Positions 8,335 to 18,224 of a stretch of 64,000 bases of DNA are shown here, in pieces. This DNA comes from an uncultured archaeon (GTDB taxonomy: Archaea > Asgardarchaeota > Thorarchaeia > Thorarchaeales > Thorarchaeaceae): NCBI GenBank assembly GCA_964558645.1, contig CAZLEV010000001.1, forward strand, positions 317,568-381,567. Reading direction: 5' to 3'. Below the pieces are notes generated by a model. That model was given only the letters and a program-made list of their open reading frames with translations. It was not told where the DNA came from and did no database searches. Positions within the stretch are counted from its first letter, which is position 1, and each line of letters begins with the position of its first letter. Both the position numbers and the translations under genes were made by a program.

Positions 8335-9531
8335 TCACTTCATTATAGTTATCTGTTGAATAACAAATTCCCTGAGCTCTTTTACAGGCTTCGGCTCCTG
8401 CAAAATCCTCCCATGTTTCATGAGGGTCTGGGTTGTCCGCTTCATTCGCTTCCCACATTGCGGGCAGGCGGGTTGATTGGCGTCACGTAGCGTTACCTCG
8501 GTTTGCATGCAGTCTGGACATTGCCAGGCAAACTTCCTGCCTGAGAATTTTCCTCTCTTCGCACACGGAACCCATGTGTCCCCATCCCTTATTGAAACGA
8601 TATCCATAGCGAAGTCTACTGCAGGAGAATTGCTGATAGCTCCTCCGACACCATATCCGTTGACTGGCGAGTCATTCAGCCAATTAATGGCCTCTTCGTC
8701 TAATCCGCCGCTCACGAATATCGCGACATCGTTGAAGCCTCTTGCGTCAAGCTCCCATCGAACCTCCTCGATGATTTCCTTGAAGTTTCCTTTTCGACTA
8801 CTCGGTGTGTCCAGTCTGACACCGTCAATTCCTTCCATCTCAGCTGCTGCAAGAACAGATTCCTTTACTTCATCGAGATAGGTGTCCGTGAGAGCTATTC
8901 TGGATACATTCTTGGGAACATTTCTGCTAAAGGCGTTCCACGCTCTTATGTGGTCCTGAAAGGCGATGATCAGTGCATGAGGCATTGTACCCTGCGCCTC
9001 AATCCCGAGGAGCTCTCCACCCAATACGCATGATACGCCATCACACCCACCGATGTACGCGGCATAGGAGACCTGTGGTGTGATAGCAGGATGTGTCCTT
9101 CGAGCTCCGAATGAGAGGAGTGTCTTGTCCTTTGCCGCTCGTCTGAGGTGAGCAGTCTTGGAGACCATTCCTGATGAATGGCAGATGAAGCCTAACATTG
9201 GAGTTTCGAGGGCAGCGAACTCCTGGTAGCGACCTTCTATTGCTATGACCGGGGTTCGTACCGAATGACTACCACGTGGATGAAACAGTGTCCCTTCAGG
9301 CAGTCCATAGATGTCAACTTCCCTCCCTTCGAATAGCTTGAGAAGATCATCTATGCCGGCTACGATACCCCACTCTAAGTTTCCTGGCATTGCCGAAACG
9401 GTGACCTCGGCGTGAACTACCGGGTTGATGTTTTCTGCCTTCAGAATCTCAACTGTACGGTCGAAGTAGATGTCAGTGGTCTTACCCGCAAGTATCTCGT
9501 CATCTGTTGCGATTCGCCATCTCCTCTTCAT
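8335..9531 (-). CDS. pncB: Nicotinate phosphoribosyltransferase (archaeal type, C-terminal Zn ribbon)
   Basis: TDIYF, SFGARR.HP, GTMPHA, GVRLDTP, FVSGGL, KRGK; CPDC...CPQC. Confidence 0.93.
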   Translation of the reverse strand: MKRRWRIATDDEILAGKTTDIYFDRTVEILKAENINPVVHAEVTVSAMPGNLEWGIVAGIDDLLKLFEGREVDIYGLPEGTLFHPRGSHSVRTPVIAIEGRYQEFAALETPMLGFICHSSGMVSKTAHLRRAAKDKTLLSFGARRTHPAITPQVSYAAYIGGCDGVSCVLGGELLGIEAQGTMPHALIIAFQDHIRAWNAFSRNVPKNVSRIALTDTYLDEVKESVLAAAEMEGIDGVRLDTPSSRKGNFKEIIEEVRWELDARGFNDVAIFVSGGLDEEAINWLNDSPVNGYGVGGAISNSPAVDFAMDIVSIRDGDTWVPCAKRGKFSGRKFAWQCPDCMQTEVTLRDANQPACPQCGKRMKRTTQTLMKHGRILQEPKPVKELREFVIQQITIMK

Positions 9532-9749
9532 GATGAACCACCTGGGTTAACAAACAGAGACTTCCACAAAAAGGATATGTTTCGGCAGAAACTCGAAGAC
9601 CTGAGTGCGGTTTGATGCGGAGCGCATTGATGCTTGAGCGGACTGCCTTTCATTTGGCAGGATTATGCTTATACCGCCAAGTCTCTGAGTCATATTACTC
9701 TCTGGCCTATGCGTTTATACTTAAGCCCATAGAGTCTTCAGGCGTATCC

Positions 9750-10814
9750 CTACATTTCCCAGAAGTACTTCCCTCTCGAGTAGATGACCTCGTCGCCGGC
9801 GGTGACTTCTCCCTCATCCATCGACTTGATCATATCGACATGGACTGCAGACTCATTTGTTCCATTGCAGTCTTTGTAGGCATTGCCGAGTGCGCAGTGT
9901 ATGGTATCCCCTATCTTCTCATCGAACAGCATGTTCAGCGTGTATTGCTTGATACCGCGGTTTGTCCCGATTGCCATTTCGCCCAAATACCTGGAACCGT
10001 CGTCGGTTTCGATGATCTCTTTGAGTGTCGCTTCTTCCTTCTCTGCTGAGAAGTCAATTACCTCTCCTTTCTCGAATTGTAGACCGACCCCCTCTATCAC
10101 TTTGCCTCTCTGCATGAATGGAATGTCAAAGTAGATGTGTCCCTCAACTGTGTCTTCAACGGGCGCAGTGAACACCTCGCCGCTGGGCATGTTGTGCTTC
10201 CCATCCGATGCAATCCAGATCCGCCCCTCGGTCTTGGCGTAGAGGTTCGTTTCTGGACCTGTGAATCTTACGTCGTCATGATTCTCAAGGCGCTCCTTCA
10301 TCCTGTACATGTTCTCGCTTGCCTTTTCCCAGTCGATAAGCGTGGCCCCGTAGACGAAGTCTTTGTACTCCTCCATGCTCATACCTGCTTGTTGAGCCAG
10401 CGAGGGGCAGGGGTGAACAGTAAGGCTCCATCGCTTGGAGAGTCTTATGTTCGTGATATCTCGCATTGTCTTGGCTGCCACGGTCATCTTCGCCGGCTCG
10501 ATATTTGCAAGCGCCTTCGTATTCATTGGTGACCTGATTGCTATGTAGACGTCACATTCCTCAATCAGGGCTTTCTGATGCCTTGGTTCGAGCTGTAACG
10601 TTTCTTCAGATGCACCATCAAAAAATGCTTTAGTCACCTCTTCGCTGTCCATGATCGAAATAGCCCTCGCGCCCTTCTCAGCTATTTTCTTCGCCAGTGC
10701 AACAACGAGGTCGTGTGCGAGGGGGCTTGATCGGATGATGACCATATCGCCCTTTTGGATGTTGGTACTCCACTCAACGAGGATTCTAGCATGTTCAATG
10801 ATTCGAGAGTCCAT
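9750..10814 (-). CDS. Aminopeptidase, M29 (AmpS/AmpT) family
   Basis: NMPSGEVFTAP, GEMAIGTN, LFDEKIG, HCALGNAY, SAVHVDMI. Confidence 0.93.
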   Translation of the reverse strand: MDSRIIEHARILVEWSTNIQKGDMVIIRSSPLAHDLVVALAKKIAEKGARAISIMDSEEVTKAFFDGASEETLQLEPRHQKALIEECDVYIAIRSPMNTKALANIEPAKMTVAAKTMRDITNIRLSKRWSLTVHPCPSLAQQAGMSMEEYKDFVYGATLIDWEKASENMYRMKERLENHDDVRFTGPETNLYAKTEGRIWIASDGKHNMPSGEVFTAPVEDTVEGHIYFDIPFMQRGKVIEGVGLQFEKGEVIDFSAEKEEATLKEIIETDDGSRYLGEMAIGTNRGIKQYTLNMLFDEKIGDTIHCALGNAYKDCNGTNESAVHVDMIKSMDEGEVTAGDEVIYSRGKYFWEM

Positions 10815-11116
10815 TCTATTCGCCTGGGTGTACGAGCATCGTCATCAACTTATAGGTTGCGAACTGAGCTCTTCTGCATCCATGGAATGATTTGGGAGCC
10901 TGAAAGCAGCACAGCCATCATTAGAACGGGGTAGTAAGTGGAGATCCTAACATCTGGATTTGGCATCGACTTGATGTTGTTATATCCAAGCCGTTAGATC
11001 GGACCTGTGAGTTCGCTACTGCAGCCATTAGTCCAAAAATGGCGACGAGATGCGTTTCTCTGGTACTCTGTCAACAACTGTTTTAAAAGCCGGACAATAC
11101 TAGACTTGACGCGACC

Positions 11117-12397
11117 ATGGAACCTGCAGCACTAATCATTCTGGCAATATTCATCGGCACCATGCTTGTGGTGTTATCCGAGAAGGTGAATGAGACAGCT
11201 ACTGCTCTCTTCGCCATGTGCTTGGCAGCTATGGTCCTCTTGATCACTATGGGCATCGAATTCGCAGACTTCGTCTTGCTGATTGAGTGGGATACGATTC
11301 TGTTCATTGCGGCGATGATGATTGTTGTATCAGTCGCTGGTTCGTCAGGAATGTTTCAGTATATCTCCCTTCTCTTAGTAAGGAGAACTGGTAACAATCC
11401 CAAGAAGGTATTTGTCGTGTTCATGGCCTTTGTGGCTGTTATCTCTCTGTTCTTTGATCCGCTTCCAACCATGCTGATCATGGGTTCATTCACTGTAGAG
11501 ATATGTAGAGCCTTGGAGATGGATGCCAAGCCCTTCTTGATATCCGAAGTCATAGTAGCAAATGTTGCATCCTTCCCGTCAGTTGTAGGTTCAGTACCCA
11601 ATCTTGTTATATCTGCTTGGATGAATATTGACGCTGGACAACTACTGATTGTCATTGGGCCTTTGACAGCGATTCTCTTTGCACTGACGATTCCGCTGCT
11701 ACTCAGGATATTCAAAGCCTCTTTTGAAGATGAGAAGGTACTAGACTCGAATATTCTCTTCATGATTCAGCCTAGCATAATGATTCGTTCAAGAAGAGAC
11801 TTCTACATTTCAGTGGTCGCCCTAGGCATCCTTGTCGCGGGCTTCGTAGCAGGGCCAGGGATGAGCATCTCCCCCAGCTTTGTAGCCTTGATGGTTGCAT
11901 CTGGAACCTTAGTGTTGTCGCAGGTCGGCGTCGAAGACTTGTTGAGGAAACTATCGTGGGACACGGTATTCTTCATCATAGGCCTGTTCGGTATTGTTGC
12001 ATCAATGACCGCGAGTGGCCTTATCGCGGCCATCGTGGATGTGACTCAATCGGTAATCGGAGGGAACGTCTTTGCTGCAATTCTGTTCATGCTCTGGGTT
12101 CCCGGACTTGTACTGGCACTCGTAGACAACATACCGGTTGCCGCGCTTCTTACCCCTCTGGCTGAGGGTTTCATGGAAATAAGCGGCGTTGTTTCTCTGT
12201 CCCTGATTGTTGGAGCAAACGTTGGCGGCTATATCATTCCTTTTGGAGATGCGCCTAACATGATTGCAATCGGTCTTTCGGCCGAAGCGGGAGATCCCAT
12301 CTCTATCATCGAGTTCACCAAGGTGTGCCTTATCCTCGGCACTCTACACCTGATTGTTGCATCTCTCTATTGCTTCCTGTGGGTGCCCTTGATTTAG
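11117..12397 (+). CDS. ArsB/NhaD (CitMHS/SLC13-like) ion transporter
   Basis: About 11-12 TM helices; WDTILF, GSVPN, VDNIP, GANVGG...GDAPN. Confidence 0.85.
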   Translation: MEPAALIILAIFIGTMLVVLSEKVNETATALFAMCLAAMVLLITMGIEFADFVLLIEWDTILFIAAMMIVVSVAGSSGMFQYISLLLVRRTGNNPKKVFVVFMAFVAVISLFFDPLPTMLIMGSFTVEICRALEMDAKPFLISEVIVANVASFPSVVGSVPNLVISAWMNIDAGQLLIVIGPLTAILFALTIPLLLRIFKASFEDEKVLDSNILFMIQPSIMIRSRRDFYISVVALGILVAGFVAGPGMSISPSFVALMVASGTLVLSQVGVEDLLRKLSWDTVFFIIGLFGIVASMTASGLIAAIVDVTQSVIGGNVFAAILFMLWVPGLVLALVDNIPVAALLTPLAEGFMEISGVVSLSLIVGANVGGYIIPFGDAPNMIAIGLSAEAGDPISIIEFTKVCLILGTLHLIVASLYCFLWVPLI

Positions 12398-12583
12398 TTC
12401 GACTATTATCCAGTGTAGGTTTCGGACATCAAAGGTAGGGACTGTTCTGGAATATCTTGCCTGCAGCTCGGACAGGTGGTCAAGCATGAGGAAGAACAAG
12501 TATACGGTCCTCTGTGGCCTGATTCCTCTGCATAGTTCTTAACGCGAGCCCTCTGGAGAAAGTTGCTTCTGAAAAGCTAGATA

Positions 12584-12603
12584 TTTGTGCAAAAGAACAC
12601 AAA
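12584..12603. promoter_or_regulatory. Inverted repeat TTTGTG-N8-CACAAA upstream of PEPCK
   Basis: Seen directly about 80 bp upstream of the start codon; the spacing matches the bacterial Rex operator pattern. Confidence 0.3.
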
Positions 12604-12685
12604 ATGTTCGGGGCCATATCCAATGTGTTATATTCTCCTTCCTCTCCTCTCGTGTTGTAGGATACAGTTTCAGAGAGTTGTCTAG

Positions 12686-14575
12686 ATGAAGCAGACTTCC
12701 GATTTTCCCGATCAGCTGCTTGACGAGGAGAACCTCGCCAAACTAAATGAGATACAGAGTGATGCCTGCAGAGAGTTCATTTTGGAAGCAATCGAGCTCT
12801 GCAGTCCTAATAGAGTCTTCATAGTCAGTGACAGCAAGCAGGACATTGCAATGGTCCGTCACAGGGCGATAGAAGAAGGTGATGAGATTCGCCTACCCAT
12901 GGAGGGACACACCGTCCATTATGACGGCTATTATGATCAAGCTCGCGATGTCAAGAATACCAAGTATCTCGTGCCAGAGGACAAGCATTTAGATCAGAAT
13001 CTTAATCAGATTGAGCGAGAGGAGGGTCTTCGAGAGGTTCTTGGGTTCTTGGAAGGCAGCATGAAAGGTAAGGACATGATTGTCCGGTTCTTCTCTCTCG
13101 GCCCCAATGAGTCAGAGTTCTCCATCCTTACCATGCAAATAACCGATTCGTATTACGTTGCCCACAGTCTGGATTTGCTCTATCGTCCTGCTTATGCTCA
13201 GTTCGCTAAGATGAAGAAGGATAATTCTTTCTTCAGAGTGTTGCATTCCGCAGGTCGACTTGAGAACAACGTGTCTGCAGATGTCGATAAGCGCAGGATA
13301 TTCATCGACTATACTGACGATACTGTATACAGTGTGAACACTCAGTATGCCGGCAACACAGTAGGACTCAAGAAACTGGCTTTTCGTTTGGCCATAAGGA
13401 AGGCTGACAGAGAAGGCTGGCTTGCAGAGCATATGTTCATCATGGCAATTCATGGGCCTGACGGACGGAAGACTTACTTCTCAGGCGCTTTCCCCTCAGG
13501 ATGTGGGAAGACCAGCACTTCAATGGTTCTTGGCGAGACCATAGTTGGAGACGACCTCGCCTACATCAAGAAGTTCGATGATGGCATAAGAACTGCCAAT
13601 GTCGAAAGCGGGATATTTGGAATCATTCGCGGCGTCAACGCCGATGATGATCCGGTTATTTTTGATGTACTGATGAGCCCTGGAGAGATCATCTTCTCGA
13701 ATGTTCTGATACACGACGGGAAACCTTACTGGCTGGGTGATGGAAGCGAGCATCCAGAAGAAGGGGTGAATTTCGTGGGAGAATGGCACAAAGGTATGCA
13801 AGGGCCGGATGGCGAAGAGGTGCCGATATCTCATAAGAATGCCCGTTACACTTTGAGACTCTCTTACCTGGAGAATCTTGACCCGAACGCTGAAGCAAAA
13901 GAGGGTGTCCCCCTCGACGGCATCATCTATGGAGGACGGGACTCGAACACATGGGTTCCAGTAGCTGAGTCCTTCGATTGGGCACACGGAGTGATCACCA
14001 TGGGTGCCAGCCTTGAATCGGAATCGACTGCGGCCACTCTTGGCAAGGAAGGTGTTCGGAAATTCCAGCCCTTCTCGAATATCGATTTCATATCGATTCC
14101 TCTTGGACGGTACATCCAAAATCATCTCGGATTCATCGATGATGTTACAGAGGTTCCGAAGATCTTCGGAGTCAACTACTTCCTGAAAGATGAGCACGGG
14201 AACTACTTGAACGGCAAGCAGGACAAGCGTGTATGGCTGAAATGGATGGAGCTTAGAATTCATGATGAGGTTTCCGCGATTGAGACTCCTATTGGACTAG
14301 TGCCTAGGTATCATGATCTAGAGCAGCTGTTTCGTGAGATTCTCGACAACGAATATACTCTGAAGCAATATCAGGAGCAGTTCCAAATCAGAGTCCCAGA
14401 ACTACTCAAGAAGATTGAACGCGTATGTGCGAAATATCGTGAAGATGTTGAAGAGGTTCCGGAGGAGCTCTTTGTTGTACTCGATGCGCAGAAGAAACGC
14501 CTTTTGTCTGCTCAGAAGAAGCATGGTGACACTATTGACCCCAGAATGTTCGATGCGGTCGCGGTCTGTTGCTGA
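12686..14575 (+). CDS. pckG: Phosphoenolpyruvate carboxykinase (GTP)
   Basis: YAGN..GLKK, EGWLAEHM, GAFPSGCGKT, VGDDLA, IIYGGRD, FGVNYF. Confidence 0.95.
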   Translation: MKQTSDFPDQLLDEENLAKLNEIQSDACREFILEAIELCSPNRVFIVSDSKQDIAMVRHRAIEEGDEIRLPMEGHTVHYDGYYDQARDVKNTKYLVPEDKHLDQNLNQIEREEGLREVLGFLEGSMKGKDMIVRFFSLGPNESEFSILTMQITDSYYVAHSLDLLYRPAYAQFAKMKKDNSFFRVLHSAGRLENNVSADVDKRRIFIDYTDDTVYSVNTQYAGNTVGLKKLAFRLAIRKADREGWLAEHMFIMAIHGPDGRKTYFSGAFPSGCGKTSTSMVLGETIVGDDLAYIKKFDDGIRTANVESGIFGIIRGVNADDDPVIFDVLMSPGEIIFSNVLIHDGKPYWLGDGSEHPEEGVNFVGEWHKGMQGPDGEEVPISHKNARYTLRLSYLENLDPNAEAKEGVPLDGIIYGGRDSNTWVPVAESFDWAHGVITMGASLESESTAATLGKEGVRKFQPFSNIDFISIPLGRYIQNHLGFIDDVTEVPKIFGVNYFLKDEHGNYLNGKQDKRVWLKWMELRIHDEVSAIETPIGLVPRYHDLEQLFREILDNEYTLKQYQEQFQIRVPELLKKIERVCAKYREDVEEVPEELFVVLDAQKKRLLSAQKKHGDTIDPRMFDAVAVCC

Positions 14576-14612
14576 TAGCAGAGATTCTGGGTATGAATCC
14601 TTGGATCACTCA

Positions 14613-16997
14613 TTAGTGCAATTCCGAGAAGCGGTTCCTTCCCACTCTCACCAAGACCGAGTTGAAACCGGGAGTGTGGCCGAATGCAGTGTGCCGGTCA
14701 TCCGTCAGTAGATTGATGTTTCCGTCAACATTCCACCAACCGTCGGATGCCCAGACGATTCTCGGGTCTATGTCTTCGTCAATCTCAAGTCTAATACCTT
14801 CGACTTTACCGCGTACTGATTCCACAGCAACCCTGTCCCCATCCGCCAGATCAAGCTTGCTAGCAGTGTCTGGATGCATCCTCAGAAAAGCTCGCTTCTC
14901 TTCCACATTCCTTCTTGATGTCATGCGAATCGGATCTGTAACCACACTGTAGGGACAGACATCAAGCTGACACTCTCTGCACCCGATGCACTTGCTTGCG
15001 TCCCATTCAGGTACTAAGAAACCTGTGATCGATTCTGGAATGAGCAGGGTCCGCGCTTCTGTTCTGGTCGCGAGGCGAGACACAAGGGTGCCTAGTTGAG
15101 CTCGTATCCTTGCATTGCTATCGGAATCAACGCCCCTCCGGATCATCTCTGCTGTGGGAGCGACCATTTCGATAGCCTCATCAGGACACTCCTTGACGCA
15201 CTTCTGACAAGTCGTGCATTCGGAATAGCTTGTGACCGTAGCTCCAACCTCAACCGTTGTGTATTGCGAATGAAGTCGGCACCTGAGTCTTCCCGAGATC
15301 ATGATGAGCGGGTAATCCTCTGCAAGGTGTGGTGTGGACCGCGGACTCTCTGCAGGTTCTTCATGAAATGGAAGTGGGTCGTGACCCATAGACTCTAGGT
15401 CACGAGAATACAACTCCACCTTTCCTGACTTCGTATTGAATTGCCGGTCCGAAAACGGAATCTTTGGGCTTCTTGTTCGGATTCCCTCAGGGTGCTCTTC
15501 GAGGTCTTCAAGCGTGATGTCCCGACAGTCGTCCGAATCCAGCGCCAGTCTTATTGCGTCACGCTCTGTCAGTCTGAAGAACTGACCGAAACCAAGCCGC
15601 TGCGCAATCCCCCTCCAGATGGCCAGTTCATTTCTGGATTCGCCAACTGGCTCAATGATTTTGGGAGCGTATTGCACGATTCTATGCAGCTCGCTGTGCA
15701 CAATGTTATCATGCTCGAATATCAAGGTTGCAGGGAGAACAATGTCACAGAGTCTTGCAGTATCTGTCATCTCCAAATCGATGCAGACCTTGAATGGGAT
15801 CTTGTTGAGCGCACGGATGGTCTTGTTGGTATTGGGCCATTGCGTCACTGGGCTTGCAGCCTGTATCACCAGTACGTCCATAGCAGGCTCTGACCGACTC
15901 AGGATGTATTCGGGAAGATACGTTCCGGAAGGTACAATTGGCTGGACCTTCTCATCGGCTAGATGCTCCAGCCGGACAGCGGCACCGTTGAACGGAGAGA
16001 AATCGGATGAGAGATACTGGAATCCCCCTCCTGCTACTCCGAGATATCCACAGATTGCCAGTAGGCTGTGTACCGCTCGCGCGGCCCAGCTACCGTTTGT
16101 GTAGTGATTCATCCCAGCAGGAGCAGTCATGATGAGCGAAGGGCCATGAGTTGCGAATGTGACGGCAATGCGTTCGATCGTGTTCTCGTCAACCCACGTT
16201 AGTCTGCTGACAGTCTTCTTGTCATACTCTGCCACACGCTCACGATATTCATCAAAACCCACAATGTGTTTCTGGGCGAAATCTTTGTCGTAGAGACCTC
16301 TCCTAATAATCACGTTTGCGAGGCCTAGAGCCAGGGCGGCATCGGTGCCTGGTCTAATGGTCGTGTATATGTCCGCTTTCTTAGCGTACGGAGTCTTTCT
16401 GGGGTCGATGACAATGAGCTTGGCACCGTGCTCTATGGCTTCGTCAATCACTCTCTTGCAGTGAACACCCGATTCGTGCTTGTTCGTTCCCCAGATTATA
16501 ACACATCTGGAGTTTGCCCAATCCTCGAGCTCGTGGGGTGGAAAGGGTCCTACATTGAATCGGGCCCCCTCATACGCTCCCTCGAAGCAAATCTCAACGA
16601 TGCCCGGTATCAACCTGGTGCCGATCACGTTGGCGAACCTGGCGGCATATTGTGGAGCCAGGCCGTCATTGCCTGAACCAGAGTAGATACCGATGGACAT
16701 CGGACCATGAGAAGACATTGCCTGTTTCATTTTCTCTGCAATCTCGTTAAGAGCTTCATCCCATGAGACCTGAACGAAGGTGCTATCAGCTCTCTTTCTC
16801 ATTGGATACCTCAGTCGGTCTTCGGAATAGGTGCGTAATACGTGGGCGTAACCCTTTGAACAAGCTCGGCCTAGCGTGTAGGGGTGATCTTCGTCTCCGT
16901 CTAGCCGCACAATCCTGCCCTCTTCTACTGTGATCTTGAAGGAGCAAATATCTGGACAGTTGAGGGCACATGCTGAGTAGAATGTTTCGCGAATCAT
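14613..16997 (-). CDS. Molybdopterin (Mo/W-bisPGD) oxidoreductase with inserted 2x[4Fe-4S] ferredoxin domain
   Basis: N-terminal CALNCPDIC...C, RLRYPM, SWDEAL, IDPRKT, RPGTD.ALA, DIVLPA, RLHSQ, MHPDTA; two ferredoxin Cys motifs near the C-terminus. Confidence 0.9.
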   Translation of the reverse strand: MIRETFYSACALNCPDICSFKITVEEGRIVRLDGDEDHPYTLGRACSKGYAHVLRTYSEDRLRYPMRKRADSTFVQVSWDEALNEIAEKMKQAMSSHGPMSIGIYSGSGNDGLAPQYAARFANVIGTRLIPGIVEICFEGAYEGARFNVGPFPPHELEDWANSRCVIIWGTNKHESGVHCKRVIDEAIEHGAKLIVIDPRKTPYAKKADIYTTIRPGTDAALALGLANVIIRRGLYDKDFAQKHIVGFDEYRERVAEYDKKTVSRLTWVDENTIERIAVTFATHGPSLIMTAPAGMNHYTNGSWAARAVHSLLAICGYLGVAGGGFQYLSSDFSPFNGAAVRLEHLADEKVQPIVPSGTYLPEYILSRSEPAMDVLVIQAASPVTQWPNTNKTIRALNKIPFKVCIDLEMTDTARLCDIVLPATLIFEHDNIVHSELHRIVQYAPKIIEPVGESRNELAIWRGIAQRLGFGQFFRLTERDAIRLALDSDDCRDITLEDLEEHPEGIRTRSPKIPFSDRQFNTKSGKVELYSRDLESMGHDPLPFHEEPAESPRSTPHLAEDYPLIMISGRLRCRLHSQYTTVEVGATVTSYSECTTCQKCVKECPDEAIEMVAPTAEMIRRGVDSDSNARIRAQLGTLVSRLATRTEARTLLIPESITGFLVPEWDASKCIGCRECQLDVCPYSVVTDPIRMTSRRNVEEKRAFLRMHPDTASKLDLADGDRVAVESVRGKVEGIRLEIDEDIDPRIVWASDGWWNVDGNINLLTDDRHTAFGHTPGFNSVLVRVGRNRFSELH

Positions 16998-17091
16998 CGT
17001 ATTCTCCGAGGAGTCATCCGATTAGGAATAACTCTTACTGTCTCATTAGAAGGCGAGGTCGGACAGAACGCACACCTGCATCTTCTCATGC

Positions 17092-17508
17092 CTACTGCTC
17101 ATTACCTTCCGTTTCGCTTTCTGACCTGGTAGAAACCCAGTCAATATTCTCTCCAATGAGGTAGAAGCCGACGTATCCAATAGAGAATGGAAACCAGAGA
17201 AAGATGATGCCGTAACCGGATATGACGAATAGAAATCCGAAGATGACCGAAAAAATGGCGAGCATACACCCAATTGCAAAGGACCTTGTGCTTCTTATGC
17301 CCCCTCCGTGATTCTCCAATGCCCAGGGTATCCGTAAAATGCCAACGGTCAGGAGTAGGAACAGTCCGATTGACTGAAGCATGGAGAAAAGGTAGCCGAA
17401 CTCGATTGACGCGATTGGCCCCAGGCTTCCGAATATGAATAGTAAAACTCCAATTGCTGTTGCTATCATGTAGGGATTGCGAAGCTTGCTTTCGGAGGTT
17501 AACTGCAT
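17092..17508 (-). CDS. Small membrane protein (about 4 TM), unknown function
   Basis: Hydrophobic helices; lies between same-strand genes. Confidence 0.55.
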   Translation of the reverse strand: MQLTSESKLRNPYMIATAIGVLLFIFGSLGPIASIEFGYLFSMLQSIGLFLLLTVGILRIPWALENHGGGIRSTRSFAIGCMLAIFSVIFGFLFVISGYGIIFLWFPFSIGYVGFYLIGENIDWVSTRSESETEGNEQ

Positions 17509-17575
17509 CTTGCGCCCTCAGTCCTGACATACAGGCCGTTCCTTATAAGGAGATATGGCGAACAGGATGAATCAA

Positions 17576-18127
17576 TTACTTCTTGCTGACCCATTCATTC
17601 CCATGGATGTAGTATCTCAGTCGCAGGTTCTCGCCTTCAGACACTCCAACACGTGTGGTCTTATGGATTCTCGTAGGCTTCTCTCCAGAGTTAAAAATCT
17701 TGATTTCTTCTCCTATCTTCTGGCCATTATGTCGTATATCGATTCCAAAAGCCTGTGTGACCCTGGCCGGACCATTCGTCAGGTTATCAGTGCGTCCTCG
17801 GTTCTCCGTCATCTTCTCTCTTCCTTCAATAGGTTCTACTGCCCGGATGAGAACTGCACCGGGTGTTCCCGCCTTTTCACAGACGAAGTTGAGCATGTAG
17901 TGCATCCCGTAGGTGAAGTAGACATAGATGTGACCTGGTGGTCCGAACATGACCTCGTTGCGTGGTGTCTTATTCCCCATATGCGCGTGAGATCCGGGTT
18001 CGTCCATATACGCCTCCGTCTCGACAATCCTTCCTCTGAGACCGTCCTTGGCCAGAATCTTTCCTAGTAGATCCTGTGCGACGATATCTGTTCTTCTTGT
18101 GAAGAACTCGGTTCCCAGTTCTCTCAT
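17576..18127 (-). CDS. mpg: 3-methyladenine DNA glycosylase (AAG/MPG family)
   Basis: GRIVETEAY, MFGPPG..YVYFTYGMH, AVLIRAVEP, NGPA. Confidence 0.95.
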   Translation of the reverse strand: MRELGTEFFTRRTDIVAQDLLGKILAKDGLRGRIVETEAYMDEPGSHAHMGNKTPRNEVMFGPPGHIYVYFTYGMHYMLNFVCEKAGTPGAVLIRAVEPIEGREKMTENRGRTDNLTNGPARVTQAFGIDIRHNGQKIGEEIKIFNSGEKPTRIHKTTRVGVSEGENLRLRYYIHGNEWVSKK

Positions 18128-18224
18128 TGATAAACGTCCGTCTCCAGCGTTGGTTTTCGCACTATGTTGGCTGGCTTTCTTCTTCCCCCTCCTAGCTCTC
18201 TTAGATGTTACTTTTTGGGAGGAC

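Noticed and set aside
9664-9721. Imperfect repeat TATGC(G/T)TTATAC upstream of pncB as an NAD-regulator site
   Set aside because: It is short, imperfect and indistinguishable from TATA-like promoter sequence
13520-14263. 247-aa antisense ORF, and the many other shadow ORFs in the track
   Set aside because: They lie opposite or within well-supported genes and have no recognisable motifs
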